DNA of 64,000 bases from Octopus vulgaris (GCA_951406725.2 OX597827.1:1984001-2048000), one strand, 5' to 3'. Positions 39,603-53,209 are shown, numbered from the stretch's first letter. The notes: generated by a model not told the origin, from the letters alone. Translations and numbers: made by a program.

Positions 39603-39707
39603 TGATGATGATGATGCTGCTGGTTATGATGATGGTGATGGTGATGATGATGACGACGACAATTATTTCTCGGCAGTGATAATGACGACGACGACGACGA
39701 CGACGGC

Positions 39708-39754
<47 letters not shown>

Positions 39755-39780
39755 GGATGATGAGGATGATGAGGATGAGG

Positions 39781-39812
<32 letters not shown>

Positions 39813-40210
39813 GATGATGATGGTGATTGTGATTGATGCGGCGAGAGAGTGGTGGGAATAATGATTTGTGACGACGTTGATAGTGGTTGTGGTGATGACA
39901 ACAGTAATAGCGATGGTGGTGATAGTGGCGGTGGAGGCGATGGTGGTAGTTGTAGTGGTGATGTTCATGTCCATGACGATGATGGCGACGATCACGACGA
40001 TGACAACGACTGCGTCGATGACGATTAATCCCCATTATTAGCCTGGATCATTGCAGGATTAATGAACGAAAATATTGCTGCGGTATCCATTTCTTCATTT
40101 TGTTTCCTTTCTCTGGCTTCAATCATTGGACAACAGCCATTCTCGAGCATCGCCTTTGATCGGTTGAGTCAGACAAATCGATTGTAGCACTTAGTTTCAA
40201 TCTGGTACTT

Positions 40211-40449
40211 ATTCTTATTTCTTTATTGCCCACAAGGGGCTAAACACAGAGGGGACAAACAAGGACAGACAAACGGATTAAGTCAAATATAGCGACCCCA
40301 GTGCGTAACTGGTACTTATTTAATCGACCCCGAAAAGATGAAAGGCAAAGTCGACCTCGGCGGAATCTGAACTCAGAACGTAACAACAGATGAAATACAG
40401 CTAAGCATTTCGCCCGGCGTGCTAACGTTTCTGCCAGCCCGCCACCTTC
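40211..40449 (-). mobile_element. SINE family B monomer with 10-bp TSD
   Basis: TSD TCTGGTACTT at 40201-40210 and 40450-40459. Confidence 0.92.
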
Positions 40450-40588
40450 TCTGGTACTTTTTCTATCGATCTCTTTTGCTGAACCGTCGAGTTACGCTGA
40501 CATAAACAAAGCAACACCACTTGTCAAGTGGTGTAGCTGGAACAAACAGCACAGACAGGTAGATAGACAGACAGACACACAAGCATAT

Positions 40589-40642
<54 letters not shown>

Positions 40643-40643
40643 T

Positions 40644-40686
<43 letters not shown>

Positions 40687-40883
40687 TTACATTTATTTAT
40701 TTATGTATTTATTTATTTACATTACTTCAACATCCAAATTTCCTCATTCTACATTGAGAGAAGAAAGAGATGGACGCTTCAATTCTATGCTGTTGCCGCA
40801 TTATGTCGTACGCGAATGAGAGGATTTGCATCCCCAACCAAGAATTTTTGATGTAACACATGTCCTTGTGGAAGCTGTTGTGC

Positions 40884-40961
40884 GCGGCTGAAGAAGGCCA
40901 CAGACATACATTATGCATTGTTATAAATCTGTCTAATAAAGGCCCGAAACATATGTACCGC
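40884..40961 (+). ncRNA. Type-I hammerhead ribozyme motif (family H3)
   Basis: Stem I GCGG/CCGC; core CUGAAGA; stem II GGCC/GGCC with long loop; GAAA; palindromic stem III ACAUAUGU; cleavage triplet GUA (A40957); A-C mismatch at the 10.1-11.1 pair. Confidence 0.75.
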
Positions 40962-40993
40962 TGAATCCTTGGCATCATGTTTTTATTTTGATC

Positions 40994-41046
<53 letters not shown>

Positions 41047-41507
41047 GACGGGCTTTCATACAGTTTCGATCTTCCAAATTCACCTACAGTTAACCCAGGG
41101 TTACAGTAGACGACTCTTGCCCGCGATGTCATTCAAGGGGACTGAACCTAAAACCATGTGGTGGCAAGACGAACAGCTTCTTAACCACACAGCCATACTT
41201 GTGTCTTAGCCTTCTTCAACACGGCGGGGTGTGGCATGACAGAATTCTATTGCTTCATGAGGGTGACCGTCCTCAAGTTTCCACCGACCGACTGACTGAC
41301 TCAAGGGGTTTCCGGATCTCAAATGAGTTTTGAAACCGCCATTGGTCTCGCTCTGTGTCCAGTTCAAGGCGGTGAAATAGCACAAGGTGGGGAGAAGAAA
41401 TAACCTGTACATCACAAATCCTGCTAGCAAAATGAATAAGAACCCCAAGAACCTCTCCACCACCACCGCCACCGCCAATGGCTAATCGTGCTTCAAGAGA
41501 GCCACAA

Positions 41508-41645
41508 ATTAGATGTCATGAAATTCTATGTCACTAATGTGTGTGTGTCTGCGTGTGTATATATATATATATTTATATATTATATTATATATATACACAC
41601 GCAGACACACACACATTAGTGACATAGAATTTCATGACATCTAAT
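41508..41645. repeat. Perfect inverted repeat (arms ~58 bp) around an AT-only spacer
   Basis: ATTAGATGTCATGAAATTCTATGTCACTAATGTGTGTGTGTCTGCGTGTGTATATATA and its exact reverse complement. Confidence 0.95.
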
Positions 41646-41792
41646 ATACACGCACGCACACACGCATGCATGTGCACACAAAAGCAAGCACATGAATGCA
41701 AAGTAAGGTGAATCCATCACAAATGTCCGACGAGTGGGAAACGGGAAATCTGAGTAACAGTTTTGTGGAGATTGTTGCAGCATTAATGAAAG

Positions 41793-41833
<41 letters not shown>

Positions 41834-41837
41834 GTGA

Positions 41838-41868
<31 letters not shown>

Positions 41869-41887
41869 ATTGTTTCTTTCTGTGTTC

Positions 41888-41923
41888 CTTTCTGAGGAAG
41901 AGCGTAGGCTCGAAACGTTAAAG
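41888..41923 (+). ncRNA. Minimal type-I hammerhead ribozyme motif (family H2)
   Basis: CUUU-CUGAGGA-A-GAGC(GUAG)GCUC-GAAA-CG-UU-AAAG: stem I 4 bp, stem II 4 bp, palindromic ACGU in place of stem III. Confidence 0.75.
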
Positions 41924-42089
41924 TATTTTTCACTTCCCGAGCGTTAAACTAATACATCTGTTTATATATATATATATATATATAATTAATCAATATAGGG
42001 TGGCAAAAAAAATTTTGTAGGATTCTTTTGCCACCAGCGGCCTAGTAGGAAAAAAATTAAAATAGTCATAGACCATTTTTAAGTTCAAC

Positions 42090-42336
42090 ATCAACAATAA
42101 AGGAACGGCCATAATAGGCCATTCACCCACTAGAAATAACAGCCAAAGCTTCAACCGCAAATAAAAGTTAATTCAGTAAACCAGGAGAAAATTTAAAAAA
42201 CATTTACCCTGTGTAAATGTTTTTTTTTTTTTTAAATTTTCTCCTGGTTTACTGAATTAACTTTTATTTGCGGTTGAAGCTTTGGCTGTTATTTCTAGTG
42301 GGTGAATGGCCTATTATGGCCGTTCCTTTATTGTTG

Positions 42337-42338
<2 letters not shown>
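42090..42338. repeat. Fold-back palindrome, arms ~118 bp, 5-nt loop
   Basis: 42090-42207 is the reverse complement of 42213-42338 apart from the A6 vs T14 homopolymer; loop CCTGT. Confidence 0.95.
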
Positions 42339-42367
<29 letters not shown>

Positions 42368-42390
42368 TATACATATATATATATATATAC

Positions 42391-42443
<53 letters not shown>

Positions 42444-42447
42444 TATA

Positions 42448-42483
<36 letters not shown>

Positions 42484-42741
42484 TATATGTATGTATGTAT
42501 ATCCATATATGCACACGCCGATGCCCCAGCATGGCTGCAGCTCTCAGGCTGAAACTAAAAGGAAAAGACAAAAGGATATGTATATACATGTGAGATGGTG
42601 TGTGTGTGTGTGTGTGATAAAGAAAGGAAAAAAAATGCTATAGATGTCTAAACATTTTAGTGGACTGGGTACTGCATAAGATGTGTGGTACTAGATAACA
42701 CTATCCAAACAGATGGAGACACACTGAGAGTGAATTAATGA

Positions 42742-42811
<70 letters not shown>

Positions 42812-42950
42812 GAGAGAGTAGGAATGAAGGGTGGGATATGTACGTGTGTGAAAGAGTGATGGAGAAAGTGAGATAGGGAGAATGTATTTAAGTGAATGAG
42901 AGAGAGAGAGGTTGAAAGAGTCTGCTTATCGTTTACACACACACACACAC

Positions 42951-42989
<39 letters not shown>

Positions 42990-43139
42990 CACACACACGC
43001 ACACATACATGCACACACTCACTGACACACACATACGCACAATCACTGGCACACACACACACATACGCAAAGATACACATATTGTCATTCAATAATAGAA
43101 AAAAATGTGGAAAATATGAGGTTGTGAACAGACTTGTTA

Positions 43140-43706
43140 CACATACACATATACATACATACATACACACATACACACATACATACATACATACATACAT
43201 ACATACATACATACATACATACATGCATACATGCATGCATACATACATACATAAATACATACATACATACATACATATATAAATACATACATACATACAT
43301 ATATACATACATACATATATACATACATACATATATAAATACATACATACATACATGCATACATACATACATACATACATACATACATACATACATACAT
43401 GCATACATACATACATACATACATACACACACACACATACATACATACATACATACATACACACACACACATACATACATACATACATACATACATACAT
43501 AAGTACATACATACATACATACATACCGACATACATACATACATACATACGTACGTACGTACATACATAATACATACATAATACATACATACATACATAC
43601 ATAATACATACATACATACATACAAACATACATACATACATTCATACATACGTACGTACGTACATACATACATATTGACATACATATATACATACATAAA
43701 TACATA
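43140..43706. repeat. Long (CATA)n microsatellite
   Basis: Direct inspection; source of the MYVC/HTYI pseudo-ORFs. Confidence 0.95.
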
Positions 43707-43861
43707 CCCCCCCCATACACACACATATATAGCGAGAAAAAGAGAAAAACAGAGAAAGAAAGAGAGGGGTCGGAATACAAGGTGCGACTCCAAATGAAAT
43801 GGACCTGCAGTGAATTAAAACTGAGACCTTTGGGTACCATAACAACACTCTAAGAGAGTAG

Positions 43862-44330
43862 TGAGTGTCTTAGACGCGACCGGGCGCTAGAAATAACAGC
43901 CAAACCGCTAGATTATGATTGACAAAATAACGATTACTGATCGTTAAAATGTTAGAGAAATATTCTGTTTATCACACCCCAACGTTTTCTAAAAAGTTAG
44001 GACCGACGCTTGGACAATAAAGTGCCAAAGGAACAGGACGGCTCCCCTTGGAACGCTTTTGATCATAGGTGTTCCCGTTAAGGGATGGCCTGGTGCTAAA
44101 CAGCAACAACAACAATAAAACAATACTAACAACATAATGGATCAGCCTGCCTCAAAACCCACCATGTGATCTTGAAAGAAGAAGGGGCTCATTGGAAATA
44201 GAATAAGGGTCGAAAACACAAGGGCTGGTCATGACAGGAACGCTGTTGAATATAGATTTTTTTTTTACTGAAGACGGCCGATCTGGGACATCAACGATGA
44301 TGACAACAACAACAACAACAACAACAAAAA
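43862..44330 (+). mobile_element. Repeat family E, one copy plus a second partial copy
   Basis: CGACC..GCTAGAAATAACAGCCAAA..TTTTGATCATAGG..GGCCTGGTGCTAAA(CAA)n; second unit 44152-44330 also ends in (CAA)n. Confidence 0.6.
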
Positions 44331-44547
44331 CAGACACGGGCTTACATAAGATAATTGAAAATGTTTGTACCATTTACCGCACAATCACGGGCACATACAC
44401 ACACATACACATAAATACATACATACATACATACACGCATAAATACATACATAAGCTTTCACAAACTCCAACTCCCACACACATACACAGACACATAAAC
44501 ACACTCACAGTCTCACACTGGCCATCCGCACCCACCCACACACATAG

Positions 44548-44554
44548 ATCTATA

Positions 44555-44622
<68 letters not shown>

Positions 44623-44648
44623 AATCTATCTACCTATCTATCTATCTT

Positions 44649-44707
<59 letters not shown>

Positions 44708-44748
44708 ATCTATCTATCAATCTATCTACCTATCTATCTATCTATCTT

Positions 44749-44839
<91 letters not shown>

Positions 44840-44864
44840 ATCTATCTATCTATCTATCAATCTA
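44548..44864. repeat. (TATC)n microsatellite with duplicated variant blocks
   Basis: Direct inspection. Confidence 0.95.
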
Positions 44865-44958
44865 CATCTGTTCGGAAAAATTCATGTCTTCGCATAGTCC
44901 ATGCATGTTGCGTTTCCTATCACACTCTTTCTCACTCTCTCACACTCCTTTCTTCTTT

Positions 44959-45053
<95 letters not shown>

Positions 45054-45060
45054 CTCTCTA

Positions 45061-45142
45061 TTCTCTACTATAGTCTTGGGCCCACCAAAGCCTTGGGAGT
45101 GGGTTTGGTAGACGAAAAATGAAAAAGGCTCGTCGTATATAA

Positions 45143-45198
<56 letters not shown>

Positions 45199-45445
45199 TG
45201 TGTGTGTGTCTGCGCGCACATGTGTGTATGAGTGTGTATATGTGTCAGTGTTTCTCTCCCCTCGTCATCGCTTATCGCTCGGTGTTAGTATGTTCACGTC
45301 CCCATAACTTAGCCGTTCGGTAAAAGAGTGGATATATATAAAAAAAGAAAAGAATAAGTAATAAGATCGATTCATACAATTAAGGATTCTTCAAGTCAGT
45401 GCCCCAGAATGGCCAATGTCTAATGACTAAACCAAATTAAATATA
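45061..45445 (+). mobile_element. SINE family A, 5'-truncated
   Basis: CTACTATAG..CCAAAGCCTTG.GAGTGG.TTTGGTAGACG body through tail. Confidence 0.85.
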
Positions 45446-45562
45446 AAAAACCAAAGCTAGATAGATAGATAGATAGATAGATATAAGCACTCACGCTCGC
45501 ACCAAAATTTTGGCTACACTAACACATGTAGGCCACCTACGGGCTGATATCGCACGCACAGG

Positions 45563-45613
<51 letters not shown>

Positions 45614-45909
45614 TCTTTTACATCCGTACACAGGCAATTACACACACCATTCTCACGCACATACACACATACATGCATACGAACCTATTTACACATATGT
45701 CAGTGTGAGTGTGTGTATGTGTATGTGTGTATATCCTATGTATATACCTGATATATATATATGCATGTGCATGTGAAACATGAGGTTCACAAAAAGCATG
45801 TATATGTGCATGTGTGTACGTATGCATGTATGTATACGTATATATATAAGTATATGTGTGCGTGTGTATATATATATACACACATACATGCATTCATACG
45901 TACGTACAT

Positions 45910-45956
<47 letters not shown>

Positions 45957-45964
45957 GACATACA

Positions 45965-45997
<33 letters not shown>

Positions 45998-46051
45998 GTA
46001 TATCAAACAGATGATAGGTAGACAGACAGGCGGACATACAGATAGACAGAC

Positions 46052-46135
<84 letters not shown>

Positions 46136-47012
46136 TGACAGAGAACGCTTAGATGTGTATATACGTGTACACAACAACACATACACACACATTTATACAT
46201 ATACACACATATATATATATATACATACACACATACACATATTCATATCTGCATCTATATATATGTATATATAAATGTATGTATATGTATGTGTGTGCAT
46301 ATATATGTGTATATATATATATTTATGTGTGTGCATATATATGTATATATATATATATATGCACATATACATATATATGTACACATTTATATACACGTAT
46401 ATATATATACATATATATATATGTACGTACATGCATAGGTATAGGCACACATACACAGTCACTCTCCGAATCAAAACACCCACACACCTACGCACACGCA
46501 TATAACTAAACGAATAAGTATATTTCTATCACTTTTCTATCTATGTATATATATATATACATAAGCACACACATACACACATACACATACACACTCACGC
46601 ACGCGCGAGCAAGCATTTATATGCGTACACACATATACACATACATGCATTTATCAATTATATTTTTCTCCAAAATTGAACAGAACCTTTCCTGGAGCTG
46701 AATGAAATTGAGTTAAACACAACTTGTTTCGCTACACGTTTTCATTACAACTTCATTCATTCATTCCGTCTTTCTTTCTCTCCTTCATGCGTCTTTCTGT
46801 CACTCGTTCGCTCATTCTTTATTTCATTCTTTGCGTCTTTTTTTTATTTTGCTAGTTTATTTAGTTGTTTGTGTGAGAGAAAATGAAAACCTTACTCAGT
46901 ATATACACTTCTCGACATTCTTCGTAAAGTACCATATTTCAGCAACTCACACACAGAACTCTTTATTTCTACTTTCTGCCTATATACTTATGATGCGCTA
47001 ATATATATATAC

Positions 47013-47091
<79 letters not shown>

Positions 47092-47182
47092 AACACACAT
47101 TAATAGGTAGAAAAATAGATAAATACACATAAATATAAGCATGCATACATACGCATGCACAGAAAATATATCAATGTTTAAG

Positions 47183-47229
<47 letters not shown>

Positions 47230-47251
47230 TGTGTAAATATATATGTATATA

Positions 47252-47305
<54 letters not shown>

Positions 47306-47572
47306 CATACATACATACATACATATATACATACATATATACATACATACATACATACAGATTTAACATACATACACACATGCTCACATACACACATGCT
47401 CACATGTTTTGGTAGACAGATAAGCGGGGAAAGGTGTAAACACAAGGATAGATAGACACAGATATGTATGCATGTATGCGTGTATGTATGTATGTATGTA
47501 TGTATGTATGTATGTATGTATGTATGTATGTATGAATTAGACAGAAATACAGTAAAACAGAAAGCTAGATAA

Positions 47573-47661
<89 letters not shown>

Positions 47662-48420
47662 CAGACAGAGAATGGTGCAGCAGACGTTATAATCGAAGAT
47701 AGACAGATGGCGAAGTTTGTCAACTCACCTTTTGTGAAGTTAAGTAAATCCTGTCCTGAATTGTGTCGCTTCAGACGGAATGTGTGTCTGTGTTTGTGTG
47801 TGTATATATATATATATATAAATATATATATATATATGTATGTATGTATATAATATCCTACAGTAGAATTGCACTCACTGCAGCTGGTCGGCTCTGAGTA
47901 CTGACAGCATATAATCCTACATTACACATGCATACAATTGTAGATCCTCACGCACATAGCCACGCACGCCTTTTCGAAGCGTATTTCATTTACAAATACG
48001 CATAGTTTTTTTGTACATACATACATCTATGTATATATGTGTACATGTGTAGTTTGTGTGCGTGGTTATTTGTTAATGTAACGTATATGTGCGGTCGCGT
48101 GTGGTTCGGGGTTCTTTTGGGGGTTTTTTGTGCTTTGCGTGGAGGAGCGAGTTCGGGTGATGTGCTTTAGTAAACGTGTTGTGAGGTGCTATGTGGTTTT
48201 GTATGGTGTGCTGTGCTCTGGTGCTGTGCTTCGGTGCCGTATAGTTTAAGCGTAGTGTAGTGTAGTGTATACATAGATATACATATATCCATATATATCA
48301 GCATATGTATATACGTACACTGTATTCTGTGCTTAGCCAGGATGTTTGCTGTGTCTGTGTGTTTGTAAGCGTACGCAAGTGCGTGCTTGTGGTCTGACTG
48401 ATCGTATCTGCATGTGTGCG

Positions 48421-48477
<57 letters not shown>

Positions 48478-49279
48478 CGCCGAGTGTGCGCGTGTCTGTT
48501 ACGCCTGCTGTAGCCAATGGCTGGCTACTTACGGTTCCTATGGAAAGAAATCACAAATATTATTTGTATGTGTGTGCGTGTTTGTATGTGTATATGTGTA
48601 TGTATGCGTTTGTCTATTGACATGTAAAAGTGCGAGCATACACACACACATATATACATATATATATACATAAATACTCACACACACGCACATATAGATA
48701 TATCTTTATATATGTATATGTATACACGCATGCCTGTGGGAAAGTATGGAACTATACTCAGGCACACATATGGACCATGATGTTTGTGTGTGTTCATATA
48801 TATATATATATATATTCATATATATATGTATGTTTATACATATATATGTGTGTGTGTGGATATATACATGTATGTATTATACATGTACATGTAGATATTA
48901 TCTATCTATATGCATGTGAATGTGTATATACTTACACACACATATGCAGCATTTATTTCTATATTGATCGACATGCCTTTAACCATGTGATACGCACACA
49001 TATGTATTATGTATACATACATACGCACAGTACATATATATATATATGCATGCATATGTACATGCCCCGAGCCATATGTACTAGTATGTTTGTGTGAGTG
49101 TGGGTGTATGTATAAGATACATGCGTACATGCCTTCAGGTATACGTGTGTGTCTATGTGTGTGTGTGTGTATATATATGTATATATAAAATCTACAAACA
49201 CATATCGACAAAAACAGACATTCACAGGCACACGCACATGCACACACATACATACACATATATCTTTCTTTCTATCTAT

Positions 49280-49323
<44 letters not shown>

Positions 49324-49330
49324 ATCTATA

Positions 49331-49388
<58 letters not shown>

Positions 49389-49391
49389 ACA

Positions 49392-49456
<65 letters not shown>

Positions 49457-49894
49457 ATGCATGCATATATGTAATGTATGTATGTATCTATACATGTATG
49501 TATGGATGGATGTATACACACGCAAAAGCAACAAACAGACCGTAGATTAAGTGAAGGGTTGCCTTCTATTCAGTCACGCACACTTACACATACACGCATG
49601 GACACGTGCGCGCGAACTCTCTCTCTCTCTCTCTGTCTCTCTCACACACACACACTCACACACACACACACGCACACGGACACATGCATGCATAGATACA
49701 CTCACACTGACCACATCACATATACATATATATATAATTAAAATCATCTTCTGTAACTCCGCCACACTTCGTTATGGAGTATGTATTGAGCACGTGAAAT
49801 TGCCGCATGTAAAAACCATCCACATACTTCTGAACACACACACACACACAGCCCTACCATACACGCACACACTCGCACGCACTCTCACATCTTC

Positions 49895-49962
<68 letters not shown>

Positions 49963-50555
49963 ATACAGGCATGTATCAATCTATCTTTTTCTCCCCTTCC
50001 CTTTCATACACTATGGTTATACTAACGCATATCTCTCTTCTCCCTCTCTCTCTCTCTCTCAATCTATCATATCCATACACACATACATACATACATACAA
50101 ACATACACAAATGCATACATACATACATACATACATACATACACACATACATGCATGCATACATACATACATACATACATACATACATACATACACAAAT
50201 ACATACATACATACATAAGGAGACGGTCCTTTCTCCATTGGCAAGAATCATCCACAGATTGATGTTTTTCTTGTCTATGCTTTCTTTGTGCTTTGTCTTA
50301 AAGGCCCAGGTCAGGTTACCATGATAGTTGAATCTTATAGACCGGGTTTCGATTCCTCTTTGGATTTAAGTATATGTTCCTTGTCATCTGCATTGTTTCT
50401 TAATCTAATTGCATTTTGATGTAAATTATGCTTCATTAAAAACTTGCAAAGGCATGAACATCACAACCTAGCAATTCTCATTTTCTTTCTCCCCCCGCCC
50501 CTCACACACACTCTCGCACGCGCACGTGCACATATTCACAGAGTATGATAATAAT

Positions 50556-51373
50556 TCTTTCTGCTAAAGGCACAAGGCCTGAAATTTAATGGGAGGGGGG
50601 GGACAGTCGATTGCATCGATTCCAGTGTTTCACTGGTACTTCATTTATCGACCCCGAAAGGATGAAAGGCAAAGTCGATCTCGGCGGAATTTGAACTCAG
50701 AACGTAACGGCAGACGATATGCCGCTAAGCATTTCGTCCAGCGTGCTAACGTTTCTGCCAGCTCACCGCCTTCTTACACAATAATAATAATCTTTTCTAC
50801 TCTAGGCACAAGGCCCAAAATTTGGGAGGAGGGGGCCAGTCAATTAGATCAAACCTAGTATGCAACTGGTACTTAATTTATTGATCCCGAAAGGATGAAA
50901 AGCAAAGTCAACCTCGGCGGAATTTGAACTCAGAAAGTGAAGACAAACAAAATACCTATTTCTTTATTACCCACAGCGGGCTAAGCACAGAGAGGACAAA
51001 CAAGGACAGACAAACGAATTAAGTCGATTATATCGACCACAGTGCGTAACTGGTACTTAATTTATCGACCCCGAAAGGATGAAAGGCAAAGTCGACCTCG
51101 GCGGAGTTTGAACTCACAACATAACGGCAGACGAAATACCTATTTCTTTACTACCCACAAGGGGCTAAACACAGAGGAGACAAACAGGGACAGGCAGACG
51201 GATTAAGTCGATTACATCGACCCCAGTACGTAACTGGTACTTAATTTAACGACCTCGGAAGGATGAAAGGCAAAGTCGACCTCGGCGGAATGTGAACTCA
51301 GAACGTAATGGCAGACGAAATACCACTAAGCATTTCGCCCGGGTGTGCTAACATTTCTGCCATCTCGCCGCCT
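50556..51373 (-). mobile_element. SINE family B array: one trimer (50790-51373) plus one monomer (50556-50772)
   Basis: Four copies of ..AAAGGATGAAAGGCAAAGTCGA..; 183-bp internal period; two heads, each followed by CTTCTTACACA..TAAT. Confidence 0.92.
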
Positions 51374-52424
51374 TCTTACACATAATAGTAATAATACAAA
51401 GAAGCTACATGTTACATTTGCTTTAATATCTTGCATTCGATCAAACCAAAACGTCATGTGTGTTGTTATCGTAGATATTCTATATAATCCCAGGTCAGTT
51501 CTGATCCAGCAAACCTATGACCAATGATCTTCTCGTACGATTATCCCGTCCTATCAACGTGTGCTGCACTACTTTATTCTTTTCTTTCAAAGCAGAATGC
51601 CAGACGCGCATTCCTGCCTCTTTAGGCTTCTGTCATTAACATGACTTCACTGTGAACCGCATCTTGGGACAAGAATTCATCGCTCTTTATATAGGAAAAC
51701 AGTGACTGAGAAAAAATCCCTGCATTTGCAATTAGTCACTCCGCTGAATAAAAATCCGTTAAATGAAGTTTTAGTTTAAAATAGCTACCTGTGCATCATA
51801 CTTAATGTAAATACAATGTGAAACAGTATATCTACTGCAGTATTTGTCCACGCCGCTTCTAGACGATTTTCGAACGTTACTTATATATTTGTGATTTTAA
51901 ACGATAAAATCTCAGAAAGAATACTTCAATAAATTTGCTGTTTTGATCTACTACCCTTTTTGTTTCATATAACAAGGTTTTACTCATCTAGGACGGTTAA
52001 CTGCAGCACCAGTGATTGTTCAGCTACTGTTTTCTATTTAAGTAGCGATGGACTTTGTGTTATGAGGTTCGCAGTGAGTGAATACTGCTGATGGAGCCTA
52101 ATGAGGCAGAAATACTCCTCTAGAATTCTCACCATCATTGTAGGACGATTTTCGTCTGTTTCTGATAAATATTTCTGATTTTAAGCTTAGAACATCCATA
52201 AGAGACATTATCACGCACGAATACTGCAGTAAATTTGCTATTTCGCGATCTATTTACATTAAGTGCCGTACATAGATGACTATTTTGAACTAATAAGGCT
52301 TCTATTGCACATAACGAATTTATATATAGGTGTGTATGTGTAAGTGTGTGTGTTTGCGCGTGTGTGTAAGTATGTAAATGTAAATATTCTCTTATTCTTT
52401 TATATGCTTTAGCCTTGAGGCTGC

Positions 52425-53195
52425 GGCCATGATGTGGCAAGTGTCTTCTACTATAGTCTAGAGTCAACTAAAGCTTTGTGAATGGATGTGGTAGACGGAA
52501 ACCGAAAGAAGCTTGTCGTATATATGTACGCGTGTCTCATGGCTATCTACAAATTCTTCATTGCCTGGCGGTTATTGTTTAGAATATATGCGGTATGGTT
52601 TGCGATAAACTGGATAATACAGAACGACCAAATGTTTATTTTAATATTTGTTGCAGTAGATGTGACTGTGCCGTTAATAAACTGACTTGGCAGCGACGTG
52701 GTTTCGAGTTCAGTTCCACTACGCGGAACCTCGGAAAAGAGTCTTTTACTAAAGTATCGAATTGATCAGTAATTATGAGTGAATTTGGCAGACGGGAAAA
52801 TGTTGGAAGCCCACCGTATATATTATACGGAGAATTTAGAAGCAGTAAGATGAAACCGATAGATGGAGACACTTACAGACTACGAGTCTACGCTAATTTT
52901 CTGCTTGTGATACATGCTTGTGTAGGTTGAAGTGTGTGTGTGTGTGTACGCGCACGTCGTGTTATTTTGTTTGTGTCTTTGTGTTTGTCCTTTCGCCGCT
53001 TCACAACAGGTGTTGGTCTACTTACTCCCCCGTAACTTAACGGTTTGGCAAATGGAGCCGATAGAGGTGGTTTCGCGTTTAGTCTCACCGCGCGGCGATT
53101 TGGACAAGTGTCTTCTACTATAGCCTCGAGCCGACCCATAAGTATGAGTGAATTTGGTAGGCAGAAACTGTGTGGGAGCTCTCCGTATGTTTGTG
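52425..53195 (+). mobile_element. Cluster of diverged SINE family A fragments
   Basis: Family A motifs at ~52425-52530, 52660-52825, 52965-53065 and 53070-53195. Confidence 0.7.
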
Positions 53196-53209
53196 TGTGT
53201 GGGGGGGTG

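Larger units (their letters stand above)
40100..41205 (-). mobile_element. Old SINE family A interrupted by SINE B and by a hammerhead-bearing fragment
   Basis: Tail 40100-40210, body 40450-40570 and head 41045-41205 are colinear with family A. Confidence 0.7.

Noticed and set aside
42691-43848. ORFs up to 316 aa of MYVC/HTYI repeats
   Set aside because: (CATA)n microsatellite artefacts; the same applies to the YI, LSIY, poly-D/M/H and PSFL ORFs throughout the window
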